A stretch of 63,011 nt of DNA, counting the filler, from Klebsormidium nitens (Eukaryota > Plantae > Klebsormidiophyceae), in assembly GCA_000708835.1 (NCBI GenBank). It is 7 parts of 7 records of this genome, joined end to end, with 100 filler letters (N's around TTAATTAATTAA, not from the genome) between each part and the next. Parts side by side here need not be neighbours in the genome. Positions count along the whole stretch, not along the records: positions 17,819 to 41,375 come from DF237871.1; 6 more parts are not named here. One strand, 5' to 3'. The notes beneath the pieces were generated by a model. It ran no database searches, was not told where the DNA came from, and saw nothing but the letters and a program-made list of their open reading frames with translations. The translations under genes were made by a program, and so were the position numbers. Shown here in pieces: positions 21,101 through 33,900 of the stretch; position 1 is the stretch's first letter; each line of letters opens with the position of its first letter.

Positions 21101-24100
21101 CGTCCTTTTCTGACCTCAACAAGACATCCAAGCTAGGACCCGATCGCATCAGCCACTTCCTGGCGGTCAAACCTCGTGTCGAGGCCTGTTAGCCCTTCTC
21201 TGTCACCTCATGCTCGGCTCAAACGACCGCGTGTGCAGAGTGCCCTGTACCAGTACCTGTCCACGGGTCAGCTCGACCTGGCCGCCACAGATCGGCGCAA
21301 CATGTCTGGCGGGATGGAGAGCGTCTGGCACGACGGCCGCCCCTGGCAGCCCTACCGTCCCAGCACCCGCATCAGCATCCTGCCAGAACCCTCACAGTAA
21401 GGCCAGCGCCGCAACCGTGATGATGGATACCTGGAATCAGAGAAAATTGGGTTCTCTTGAGCGCTTGATTTTTGAGCCTGCAGTTGGCCGCTGATAAGAT
21501 ATCTAGCCAAAATTCAGCGCTTGCGGAGTGCTTGAAGACGGCTATGAGCTGGACCCAGCACGCGATAGCGGGCGTCTGGGCCCCATGGTCCTAAATGCAT
21601 CATCACTACGTAGTGGTGCGGGATCCCAGCGAAGAGCCTGTGATATTGGCGAGAGCAGTTGGAAGGCGTCTTCGACGAAGAGACCCGTCCGTTCTTTCAG
21701 GTCGTCATAAATTGCCGGGAATTTCAACTTGGTCAAAATATCACAGCCGGTCGCTTCTTGGACTTCTTAGAGAAGAGAACACCGTCCTTACGGCCAACCC
21801 CAAAGCATTCGTCACTGCACTGCGTAAGAGAACGACGTGCGCTTGTCTCATTGTAGGTCCATCCTCCCTGTGTCGTCCACCGAAGCCGCCAGAAGGGGCA
21901 TTTCTGAGTCCCAAAACGCGCAAGCAGTTGCAGCAGGCAGCGCCGACGAAATACTGGAGGAGATCCCGGTTGAGCGAGGTCCCGAGGGAGCAGATGCGCC
22001 TCGTTTCGAGACGCCGGACGACCCCGCGGTGCAGAGCGGGTTTACCGGGCTGTCGGCAAGCTTGGGGCGGGCTCTGAACAATGAGCCGGGGCTTGAGCTA
22101 AAGAGAGGCCGGGGCGGCCAACCGGGGCCGACCAACGAGTGGCCTGCCAGCGGGGACAGCGATCGGCAAAGGGGGTCGGGGATGGACACCGAGGAAGAGC
22201 AAGTCCCGAGGAGGCGAAGGCTGCAATCGGAGGGAGCGACCGGGGGCCCTGCTGCGGATTCGGACCGGGAGGGAAGCGGGACGTCGAGCAGTGGGCAAGC
22301 GGAAAGTGCCCAGAACATTGGATTCCGTGACCGGCCGCCTGATTCGGAAGAAGCGCCAGAGTTGGCGGAATCGACGCGAGCGCCTGCAGGTGCTGAGATT
22401 GCGGGAACGAGTCGTCAGCAGCTGAGCGGCGGAGAAAATTTTCCCCAGCTTCTAGTGAATGGCTCTCTGGGGCTTGAATCGACGTCTACTCCCGCAGCAG
22501 CGGAGCCGAGCGGTCGTGCCGGTGTCAGCAGCGGATGGCAGTCGCAGCAGCGGAACAATTGGGGCCGGAGGCGGCCGCCTGGCATCGATTATGTATGGGA
22601 AGAAGAGGAGTTCTTGATTGCGGCCGGGGGGGGCAGGGATAGCGTGGTGAGGCACCCCCTGGACGGACTGAGGAGTGCCTACGCTACCGTGCGACAGCCG
22701 CGGGTGAGCTGCCGGAAGTCCGCCCTGTGCTTTTGCAGATTGCACTCTGGCGTTGATTGGACAGGTCAAATGACTGGGCCTGCTCTAGGTGAAAGGTTAT
22801 GTTTGAGGCTTTTGAAGTTAGTCAGGCAAGGATGACAAGCGCAGCTCTCCAGCTCTGCTTTTTCCAGCTCCCCAGGTGTGCGTTCCTTCACATTCTTCTA
22901 ACTACTGTTCGTAAGTACACTCTTCATCAGGTTATAATGTCAGGAGCGCCCTGCTTTGGCGTTGCAAGTAAGTTCCCTCGACATAAGGCTGCGAACGTTG
23001 AGCGGTGGCAAAAGTCGAGTGTTTGTGTCTTCTACCTGGCATAAAGTAGTCTGGTGGTCGTTTTGCAGTTCCGAGGGGAGGCAACTTGCGCTAGGGAGCC
23101 TGCGTGCACCACATTCCATGGCAAAGCCCGGGGGACCGTCGACTACATCTGGTGAGCCTCGAGGCCGACAACTCTGCTGCACCATTGACGGCATGTGCTC
23201 GCGATTGCTCGGGCTTAGACACTAGCCTTCTGTACACAGTTTAGCTGCAATTGAGAACGAAGGGGGGCCCCAACATGTAATTCCCATTAGCTTTTGCGGA
23301 TTGGTTGGAGCTTTTGAGCCGCGTGATGATAGAAAGCTTTTGTTACGACCGTTCCAAAGAGTGGCACAGCAACAGTGCAGGCATGCTAAAGAGGCCATGC
23401 CTTTGTCTCAAGCCAACCTCGGCTGAAATAGCACAGAAAACGAAGAAACGTAACCCGAATGGATGCCCTTACAGACTGCAGCCCGTATGAACCGCTCTTA
23501 ATTTCAGTCGGTCCACCTGTTCTCCAACCTGACGTCGGACACCCTTTTCCTGAGGCTGCATCGGGGGACGCCATGGCACTGGCTTTTGTAGCGCTTGTTG
23601 CGTGCTGACGCGGGCCTGCTCACCTGCTGTCGTATAATTCTCTTTCCGCCCAGGTTCTCCCCTGGCCTCCGCCCGATCCGCGTCCTCGACACGCCGCCCA
23701 TGCAGAGCCTGCAGCGCCTCCGAGGGCTACCGACCGAGGTCAGTGCAAAACTCTGCTATAAAGAACGGGCTTTGCTTGGTATATTACCCCGTCCGAGCGG
23801 TACGGGTTCTTGCAAGGGACTATGCAAGCAGGACTACCAGTGGACCAGAGCGCACAGTCCTGAAAATGAGTTGGTGTCTGTTCCACAGAAATCTCGCTTT
23901 CACGGCGTGAATTTGCTAGCAGGTTGGACAACCTATCAAGGATCCTCGTTTTACGGAAAGACCTGGGCCCACGGTTCTCGTTGCGCTGGACAGGCTTTCT
24001 TTCTCGTTTTCACGGAGGCTGTCTTCACGAGGCCGTATATCACTGACAGGTGCGCTCTCTGCAGCGATGGCCAAGCGACCACTTCTGCATAGCGTCCGAA

Positions 24101-24127
24101 TTCGCTTTCGTAGCGGATAGCAAATGA
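18177..24127 (+). CDS. CCR4/ANGEL-like EEP-family deadenylase/phosphatase (plant CCR4-3/5/6 type), multi-exon; start uncertain
   Basis: Exons encode SYNILS..LYW, PDIISLQ|EVDHF, DGCATFWK, NTHILFNPKRGDIKLAQ, MGDFNSSP, SALYQYL, TTFHGKARGTVDYIW and WPSDHF..EF, all bounded by GT-AG. Stop TGA at 24,125-24,127. Confidence 0.9.
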
Positions 24128-25277
24128 CTATGCCCAACTTACCACGGACGGGGACGCCAAAGCTTTAAAGTAGGTAGATATTGGAGCAGGAAGCGGTCAG
24201 AAGTTCTTGATTCCGTAAGGTCGAACGAACGCGGATAGGTATCGAAGGTACAAGACTATGCTACGTCATAACGGTGCGCTCTCAGTAAGGTGTACAAGTC
24301 ATAGAGGATCCTTGTTCTTTCTTGCGAAAATGTTCAATCAGTGGCTGCCGTGTGGCAGTCGCGTTCAGCACGCAAAATTTGACGAACATGGATACGGTTT
24401 GGTCAACGTTTCTATGGTGAATTATATGGCGCGTGCGCTGTTACGAGAAGTCTTAGCGGAGGGGCATGATCAAAGGTTCATGTGACACCTGCCCGGCCCT
24501 TACGATCGATGCACGGCCTGCACATGGACAGTGCAGTTGCATAGTTCAGTGCATGGCGAGCACGTACGGCACTGTTCAACACACACATGTGGGTAGGAAG
24601 GCATCTGAAACATTGCTCATCCACTATAAACGAACGCGGTCCCACATGGGATCGATACCATGCATGTTGCAGCCTAAAATTCCATCTGCACTTTGAGGGC
24701 CCGGGCCAGATCAAAACGCTTTTTACCATTCAGCATTGCAAACTAGCTGGCCCTCAACCTGCAATACCATCCTGAGCAGGATGATACCTGAGTCGTGCCC
24801 AATGGCTGATGAGGCTAATCGGGCGTTGATGAACTGGAGAATACATTGTCAGGCTCGTTGCTGGCCAGTCCTTAGATGGATCTAACTGATATTCATGCGC
24901 GCCCGAGAGCTTCTCGTGGTAGTGGCGGGCACGTAGTCGCTGCCAGCGCTTGGCATGGCTGTACGCGCCTGCTCAAGCGGTCGTTACGCCAAAGGAACGA
25001 GGCGCCAAAGAAGATACCAGGTGAGTTCAATATTGTCCACAGCCAACAGAATAAGTAAGAAAATTTTCTGAAAGCTGCCGTTTCATTGATCGTTGTACTG
25101 GTTCAACCGACACCGAATCTGCTAGAATCCGCTTTCAAAGAAGCAACCTGTACATATCCTGTTACCATTGGCACCAACGGGTTTGCCAAAAATAGAATCA
25201 TATTCTAGCCTGCAATGCTATGGACGTTGCAACAAACAAGCTTGTACAGTCCAATTGCACCAGAAGACCTGTTAAGC

Positions 25278-26162
25278 TCACGACGTGGTTTGTTCTTCAT
25301 TTAGATTTGAGGTGCTGTCAGTCTCCCACGGTGCCGCCTTTAGGGACGCCTTGGCAGCAGCTATCTCCTTGTGCAGCTTGACCTTTTTGACTTCTCCCAG
25401 CGCTTGTTTGATAGCTTTCCTAAACGCTAATGCATTCTTGACGGAGGGGTCTGATGGCACATAGGAGTCGAAAATGCGCTCGTCCCGCGTGCCCGAGAAC
25501 GGTATCTTGGAGTTGGACCAAGTCATCAGGCAATCAAGCAAGCACTCTATCCTCTCTCTCAACTTCACTCCCTCTGCTGACTCGGCCAGCCAAATGGATT
25601 CGCTCTCAAATAATGTCCCAATCACTTCTGGCCACAGCTCCTGGCCGTTCAGAGCAACATGATAGGGACTGCTTCCCAAGAAAATTTCCACCAGGAAGCA
25701 TGCAAACGTATTGACGTAACTCTGCGCTTCATATGGAAAATCTGGAAAGTATTCAAGGCCATCTTTCCCGTCGAGACTGAGGATGAAGGGGAACATTTCC
25801 TGGGATAAGGTGGTAGGAAATTCGTCGCCATATTTTTGCCAACAGAGTTGAAACCGTGCTGCGTGCGCCTCGTAATACACATTCCTCGTCACTTTGTTCT
25901 CTCTGATGGCGTCATCGCAGTCCACGAGCTCCTTGAAGACCCATGGTATGACAACTGAAGGAATGGCAGCGGGCTTCTCTTTTGCTGAGCCTCCCACTTC
26001 CTGCGCAGCCCGCGCTCCCTGCACATCGTCATGTGCCATGCCTTTCTGAACCTGGTCAGCAGACACGTCCTCGTTGTCTGGCAAGGACCGCTTGCCCAGG
26101 ATTGGTCGCGTAATGGAAGAAAGAAAAGCCCTCATGACCGACGCTGTCTGCTGAAGCGCCAC
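25278..26162 (-). CDS. Intronless hypothetical protein (~285-294 aa), no recognisable domain
   Basis: Uninterrupted 294-codon ORF with natural amino-acid composition; first in-frame ATG at MRAFLSS. Confidence 0.55.
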   Translation of the reverse strand: MALQQTASVMRAFLSSITRPILGKRSLPDNEDVSADQVQKGMAHDDVQGARAAQEVGGSAKEKPAAIPSVVIPWVFKELVDCDDAIRENKVTRNVYYEAHAARFQLCWQKYGDEFPTTLSQEMFPFILSLDGKDGLEYFPDFPYEAQSYVNTFACFLVEIFLGSSPYHVALNGQELWPEVIGTLFESESIWLAESAEGVKLRERIECLLDCLMTWSNSKIPFSGTRDERIFDSYVPSDPSVKNALAFRKAIKQALGEVKKVKLHKEIAAAKASLKAAPWETDSTSNLNEEQTTS

Positions 26163-27509
26163 TAGGCGCCTGGTCTGTCTTCTTTATTGCCTTTGTCAAC
26201 TGAGGCTTTGTTCAAGGCCGAAGGGATCGGCAGATAACACAGGTGCGCGGCCGCGCGGCCGCGAGCAGCTCAGTCGGGCGGTCCGTGTCAAAGGGTCTAC
26301 TGTACAGAGCTACGCAGCTACTTCTTGTTGAACGGTGGGACTGGGTGGGCGCCGTTTGCTGTGCCTTAGCTACAGTATGTAGCTCGCTCTTGTATGCCGA
26401 GGTATCATGGGCACCCCCGTAAGCTTAACAATCTCTGTTAGTCGATCGCCACTCACTTCTTGCGCACCCTTTCACAAGTCTCAGCTATGAACATACTATA
26501 GTATCTTTTAGTAAAACAGGAATGGCCCAGAGACAGCGAGCTTTGTTTGAAGCTCTGTGCGAACATTGTATTGGACTTCAACGTTCCGGATGACTCCATC
26601 GGCACCAAACGTTCATCTCGAGGCGAGGCCAAAATCCAGCGAAGACAGACTACAGCATGCAGAATTATGTCGCCTTGTGCCACCTTGTGGTCTATTCTTC
26701 AAATCAATGTTATGCGGAAAGTTGGCAGAGTAGTTGCTATTTGAGCGATTAAGCAGGGCCCTCTTACTGTTACATCAGTCAATCTGCTTCATGAGCAAGT
26801 GAAATCCTTCTTTCTGCAATACTTCACGGTGTTTGCTTCGTTTCAAGTTTTCCGGCTCTATCAAGCTCAAAGACGGAGTTGATCGAAGCTAGCGACACAA
26901 GGCCACGTTAAACTTAAAGCGCAGGTCTCGTCCAGATATGTGGTCAGAAGGCGGCATCTTTGCTTTCTTCCTGCCTTCAGCAGCTTCTGCTCCTTATGCG
27001 GATTGCTTGTCGTGCGCTTAGCGTCCTATGGAAGTTCTGATCTTTGAACTGGTGATCTCTGATCAGACTCTGCACATCAAGATCCAATTTGGTAAGAAAG
27101 GCTGTTCACAGCTGGCCTGTGCAAGCAAAGGACGTGGCTTGACTATAAGCTAAAAAATGGGCTTACAAAATAAGGTTTTCTATGGCGAGGCACCGAAGTC
27201 GCAATAGCATCCTGCTGGAGTCAAATTGGGGTCCATGCTGCGGCAGAGGTCGTGAAAAAAGGACTGCCCATGATCATGCAGAGTCTGCAACAAAACGAGA
27301 AAGAAAGGCCGCTGCAGTCTGGACGGACGGGCCCCTGCATTCTTGTATGCAATCAGCGTCAAAGGAGGGTAAGCTGGGACCTCCAGGAATCCAGATCTGG
27401 ACAGAAGGAAAGCAGCTAGGAGAGACTAATTGGATACGAGACGCCCAGTCATTCAGCTCGGGCCTTCGAAGAACAGCAAACTCTGCCGTCAGTCTTTTGA
27501 AGCTCAAAG

Positions 27510-29685
27510 ATGGGGGTGGCGTCGGTCTCTCTCAGCAAACTTTGGCCCGCGTTGACCGCGGTTGGGGCACTGTCCCTCATAATGTTCTCAGCGTTCAAAA
27601 CGCATCTGATCCTGACAGATATCGACTACAGTAAGTCAGATATCACTCTTAGCTCACTGTAGAAGTGGTTGGATGTTGGATCATTTTCAGTGCCTTGATC
27701 GTTTTGTTTCTCATTTGTCTTGATTCCAACATCCATGAGAGCGTTGTACATGAGAACCTTCTTTGAAACTTTAACATTCGCTGATCTTGACGAGTAAATC
27801 GGATCGTTTTGCGCCTTGATACAGATCCAGACCATGTTACGCGGAGCCGAGGCACCTATTCCATTCAGATGGACCCGAGCGGGGGTTCAAGGATGCACAC
27901 GCGTGGAAGATACACGTATGGGACGTTTTCCGCGTTCCTCAAGTGTCCTGCTGGTAAGATCCGATCACTTGTTTTCTTTGTCATTGAGTGAGCCCCTCTG
28001 ATGCCTCTGGTTGCTCTTTTATAAAGAAGCAAAGTTAAATGAAGGAACTGAGAAGAACAGGGAGATGCAAAGAACGGCTTCTTATATTTGTTAGTCGGTC
28101 TTGAGCCCGCATCTATGGTGCTCTTCAGGAGCGGCCGGAGTTGACCCTTTAGCCCAAGTGGCAAACGAGAAGCTCTTGTCTTTGTTGCAGGCAATTTCAC
28201 GGGTTTGGTTTCGACATTTTACATCAGCTCCCTTGAGGGAAGTCTCGATCAGGTAACACGCACAATGGATCCTATAGTAGGGTTCAAAATGATTTTGAGA
28301 GATGTTAGCTGGAGCTTCAAGTCAGGACCGACATTCTTGAAGCCCTTTAAGTTTGCGACTAGAAAAGGCGGGTTATCGTCGATGTGCCCGCGTTGAACTT
28401 TACCTGCTTTGAAGCGTGGTAGGGGATCTGCAGAGAACGGAATTGCATAGCACATTTGTTTGGCGAGTTCTTTGACGACAGATGCATCCTGCACAAACCC
28501 CCAATCATTCTGTCAGGACGAGATTGACTTTGAGTTCCTCGGGAAGAGTCCAGCAATGATCCAAACGAACTACTGGGTGAACGGGCAGGTGAGACACTTG
28601 TCGGTGACCAGAGCCTTCACGAAGTTCTGAATCAGGCCACGCTTATCTGTTAGCGTCCTCTTGGCATGTCGTATCTGATGGTATTCTTTGATCACTTCTT
28701 CTAAAACAAAAACTGTGTCTCAACAGAGGCTTGATGGCCATGAGTAAAGTCCATACGCTTTTGCTAAGTGGACCTTCCCCCTGATGATTCGTAGGGCGGC
28801 GACCGCGAGCAGATGGTCGGCCTTGGCTTTGATTGCCGTTCTGCTTTCCACAAGTATACAATCCAGTGGACGATCTCCTACATCAAGTGAGTCAATCTCG
28901 AGGAGTTTAAGCGTCGTTCTTGTCCACCCCAAACCCAAAACGGGGTTATTCAAAGACTGCGACCAGAGATGTGCAGGCAACCAGAAGATGCGCTTCTGTT
29001 GCTCTGGTTTGCTATTAGGAAAGACTTTAGCCACGGGGAGGTCTGCTGCACCTAGACCACCGAGCTTGCGTTAGATATACAGTTCGGCCTTTTGAAGTAT
29101 AATCAAGGTCGAGAACTTCTGTGCGGTTCAAAATGCTGAGTCCCGACAAGGCCGCTTTCTTTGATCCGTCAGAGTGTGGCAATCCCTGGAGCTTGACGAC
29201 AACTAAGATATGATTCTGCAACAGGTGGTTTATCGACGACGAACTGGTCAGGAAGGCAATCAACGACGGCTACTCGCCCTGGCCGACAAAGCCAAGTTTC
29301 GTGTAAGTGATATGCTCGACCAAACTACTGGGCTACACACCAAATCTGAAAGCTGAAACAAAGAACATGACCGCTTTGCGAATCTTTTGCCTTCCTCATT
29401 TTGATCATCTGCAGACAGCTCATCCATTTCAAGATTAAAGCGAACAATGGACTACCGACACAACATCGGCACTCTCTGATGGAACGATCAGCAGTGCCAA
29501 GCTTCAAATTCGTCTCGACAATTAGCCAAGATTACTTCCTTCATGACAGGTATGCTTCGATATGGGACGCGTCGACCGTACATGACGGAGACTGGGCTGG
29601 CGTAGCCACCTACCAGGACTCACCATATCTGTACCAGGTGCAAAGGGTGAACGTCACTGCCAGCCGTGCATCCGGCGTCAAATAA
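27510..29685 (+). CDS. GH16 endo-glucanase of EG16 type (XTH/licheninase-related), 7 exons, 229 aa
   Basis: Exons 27510-27630, 27825-27953, 28191-28252, 28517-28588, 28795-28886, 29225-29302 and 29550-29685 sum to 690 nt in frame. Motifs: ISSLEGSLDQDEIDFEFLGK, LGFDCRSAFHKY and YASIWDAS. There is no XTH C-terminal extension. Confidence 0.93.
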
Positions 29686-30987
29686 AAAGTAGTTGTTAGA
29701 AACCGCCAGTTCCCTGGGTGTTGAAACTCCTGTCCTGACCCACCAATAGTGAATTCAGAGTAGGCAACTGTAGCAACCAATCAGAATGGTGTTAGACTTC
29801 TTTCAATGCAAACCATTACTCAATCGACGAACCTGTTACTACGAATATCGTGGACCATGCTCGAGCAAAGAAGTCCAATATCAAATCAGAAAACAAAGTA
29901 ACGCCATGCTTAGCGTCATCTTGGCGTTACTTCTGGCGTCACTGGTTGCAACAAAACTACATCCGCTCGTCCGCCCAACGGATGTCAACTGGTTATGTAA
30001 ACAGCGGATGTCAACAGTGGTTGCAATCACTTGTTCGGCCATATTCTGCGGCCGGTCGCATGCCGCTTCATGGACGCTTTTCTTGACAGCCCGATCCGAT
30101 TATTAAACCGTGGGGCTCACGAGCGGTGTACAAGAACAGAGCATGATTGAACCGCACGTACGAAAATGATGATATCTAGATGGCACATGCATGAGGTGCA
30201 CACATACTTAAAGGCGCCTGGACGCGATCCTGCACACGCCGACCAGATGATACACGACGTCCACAAGGCCCCATTCTCCACGTATCACAGTTTTTCAATT
30301 CCTCAACTTTCGGCGGCTTCGAACATACGGAAATGGCAGCAAGAGCATGCCATATATATATGTAGCCTAAATCACATCGACGACGAAGTTAAGCCAATCT
30401 GCCATGAGAACTACGGTAGCTCTTCCTAGCGCTAATCCATTTGGCGCGTGAACGGCATGGTGCCACATGCGCTGCCATAGCGTCTAGAAGTACTACAACG
30501 CTCCGAAGAGAACGATCATGCAGACTTAGACGCGCATGCACAGATTGGCCTTGCTTTTTGATGAAGCCGCTCCGGTCAATTCCAAGCTTTTCCACTGCGC
30601 TACCAAGCACGTCTTACATAGTGCCGCATCAGCGTGCTGTTTCTATGCATCGCTCTGCAGACGCAAATGTGCAGTTTAAAGCCGTCACGAGATGGCACAG
30701 TCTCAAGCCCTCTTATATTGCCACATAAATGGGGGGTAAAGGAAAGCACTTTTTGACCCAATTGGCGTGGCTGGTTGAGAGCTTTCGACCAATTGGCTGC
30801 CTGCGTCTGCTCTCAGCTTTACATGGCGAGCAAAAATGGGTTATAATCAGATTCAAATCACCGTTTCAATGTTCTGATTAGAGCGGCCCAGCGAAGACGA
30901 GTTCGCCACAATGCCTTTGCCTCAAAATCATTAGCAACACGAAAAGACATTCAACAGACCTACAACTCTGCACCTAGCCCTCGGATA

Positions 30988-33900
30988 TCAGGGCTTGATA
31001 AGGAAACTGTTGGTGACATTGCTGGGAGTCTTATCTGGTGTTACTAGGTACGGCAAAGTCACCGTGCTCGAAGAGCTCTCACTGGGAGAGAACGGCACCT
31101 CAAAGGTGACCCCCTTAAACAAGCACACGGTGTCCGAGTCCTCGCAGTAGTACACCTGCAAGACACATCAAGCAATTGCTCAGGGTATGCCGCAGAGCAT
31201 GTCGCCCCGAGACGTCGCTACTCCGCGAAGACTTTCTTGAGCATCGACGGCACTTGCCGCACAGATTAAGAGCTGACTTGGAAGCTGGTGCTCGATGCAG
31301 ATCAGCAACGGCAGCATCTTCAATCCTGGTCTCCCTGATAACCACTCGCCCGCGCTTACGAACGGACCGCAGCCTGGGCGCAGATTCGGGGGCGCTCACC
31401 TTGCAGTTGATGCGGACGCTCGAGGCCGCGGTGGAGCTGCGCGTGAACTTGAGCGTGGCGGAGGGGCCGTCGCGCGCGGAGCTGAGGTCCCCGGCGGCAG
31501 GCTGGACCGTCACGCCGTTGCTCGGGTCGGACTCCACCTCGTATTTACTCGTGGCGCCCTGCACACACAAACGGACCGTCAGGATGCGGCCACGTGGCTT
31601 CTCGTAAATCCGAAAAGGGGACAGTGACTCCCTGGTTAAAGACTCACAAGGAGTCTCCAGCCGCTGGAACAGATAATCAGCCACCCCCGCAGTACACGAT
31701 GAAGCAATGCACCGAATCCCTGGCTTCACCATTCTCTGGTAAAGAATCGTCGACCCCTCGAGCAATATGTGTTTTGCAGAAGAATCAAGGAAGACCGAAT
31801 AGGGGGCCGCCTCAGTTGGGCTGTGGGTCTCACTTGCGTGTAGTGATAGCCCGGGGGGAGGCTGATTTGCAGCACCAGGTTGCCGCTGCTGGCTGACACC
31901 TCGTCTACCTTTACCAACTCGGTATCAACGGCGCGCCGCCTGCAGAAAGCAACGGACGTGTCATGCTTCCCAGCTCTTTCGGAGCCGACAGTACCCTGGC
32001 TACGCAGTTGCCTTCCAAGCTCAAGCGGGTGCAAGCTTCGCCTCGCTCCGGAAAGCGGCTTCGAGTAGTCCATTGGGACTACAAATTGAGGTCGTGGCTA
32101 AAGGACTGCTTAGACTGAGAGAACTGCCAAAAATTTCAATACGCAACAAAAGAATAGCTACAAACAATCTTGAAAGAGAGAAGGATTGAGGGGCAGAACG
32201 AGCACTGAGAGCAATCGGAGTTGCCAACATGTGTCACAGGAAGTAGCGGCATTTGGTCTCTGTTCCCGCTCCCTTAAAAGAAGAGGGGTCAGACGAAAAT
32301 GAAAAAGTCACAGCATCCTCACTTTCTCCGTGCTGCTGCGGGCGCCTCGGGCGGTGGCGGTACTCCCGACAGGGAGAGCGTGGATACCTTGTTACCGTCC
32401 CGGGTGTGAATGACCCGGATCAAACTATTGTTTGTGTCGGCCACGTAAACGTCGCCTGTATGATGCGGAAGCGAGGCCGAATTCACAGGCAGCGAAGTAC
32501 CAGTCTCGGGTGCTTGCAGAAAAATCTGACGTCAAGTAGTCGAAATCTCTATGGGCATGTGCCTCATTGCGACGTGGAAATCTTCGTCACCTCCCCCCTG
32601 AAGAATATAGGGGCGCAGTAGGGTTCCCGATTGCTTTGCACAGAGCACAGGAGTAGATATATTGCTGCCGTTGGATGTGAGAAACTTTTTCAGCTCACCG
32701 TCCTCTCCGAGCGCCAGTCCATTGGGCTCGGAAAACTGCACCTCTCCGCCCGTCCCGTCTCTGAAACCAGGCTTTCCGGTACCGGCTAGCGTCTGTACCA
32801 AGTTTTTACTAGGGTCCATGATCTTTACCTGCAGGCAACAGGCACAGCACAAGCGTAAGAGAGGCTCACAGGGGATTCGGGAAAGGCACTCCTTCTACTC
32901 GTGAAAGCATTTGCCAAAGACGACGAGCGTGCTTAGTGTCGCAGCGGGAGCCAAGAGACAGACAGAGTCGGTGTCTGAACAAACCGGCAGCTGTCGGCTT
33001 AAGCCACAGTCAAGGAGCTGGGGAGCCAACCGAATTTATATCCTCAAGCGGTGTGATCATGGACTGGGATTCAAGGCACTCGCCACAATTGTACGACCTC
33101 CATTCTCTTTGGTCTTGCCAAACTTGAGCTGCCCCTCAATGCGGGACACGATCGAAGCCGGGCAGTCTGACGTCACAAACAAGAGGACGCACAAAGCAGA
33201 CAGCCAGTATCAACACCGCACCGTCTGCTTATCGACTTGACCAGGTAATAAGCGGCTGCGAGATGAACTTGCTTTACACGGAGAATATCTTGCATTGCCT
33301 CTAAGTCCTCACCTTATGGTTGTACGAATCTGCAACAAAGACCTTGCCTCCTGCGGGATCGTAAAGCACCCCTAGTGGGTGTTGCAACCGCGCGCTCCCG
33401 CCCTGACCGTCCACATCGCCAAACTGCGTCACGCAACATGGTCAGAAGACTACCCGGACACTTGGAAGGCAAGCAACGGTGTGATACCCTTCGGATAGTT
33501 GCGAAGGAACCTGGACAGGGAAGATGCGGAGAGGAGTGCCTTTCAGAAGGCAGCTTTGCTCCAGCGGCAAGCATATCGGCCCCACTATGAATTATAGTAG
33601 GGCATCCTGATCGCTCACATCTTCTACACACTTTCTGACTGGTTTTCCTTCCTGGTCTCTGCAGCTCTGTGGATCCCGGGAGCTGAGTGCGCTGGATCCC
33701 AGGTAAGGAATCGGACTCAGATATTCTCGGGCGGGTCATACCTGGAAGAGATTGTCCGAAAAGTAGGGGTCGCCCCCTACGTTGCTCTGGGACCCCCCCG
33801 TGGCGGTGTTGACCACGCGCACAGAGCTGCTCTCACTGTCGGCGACGTACATGCTGGAGCCGTCTGGCGTAAGGGACAACCCCGACGGCTGCGCAAACGA

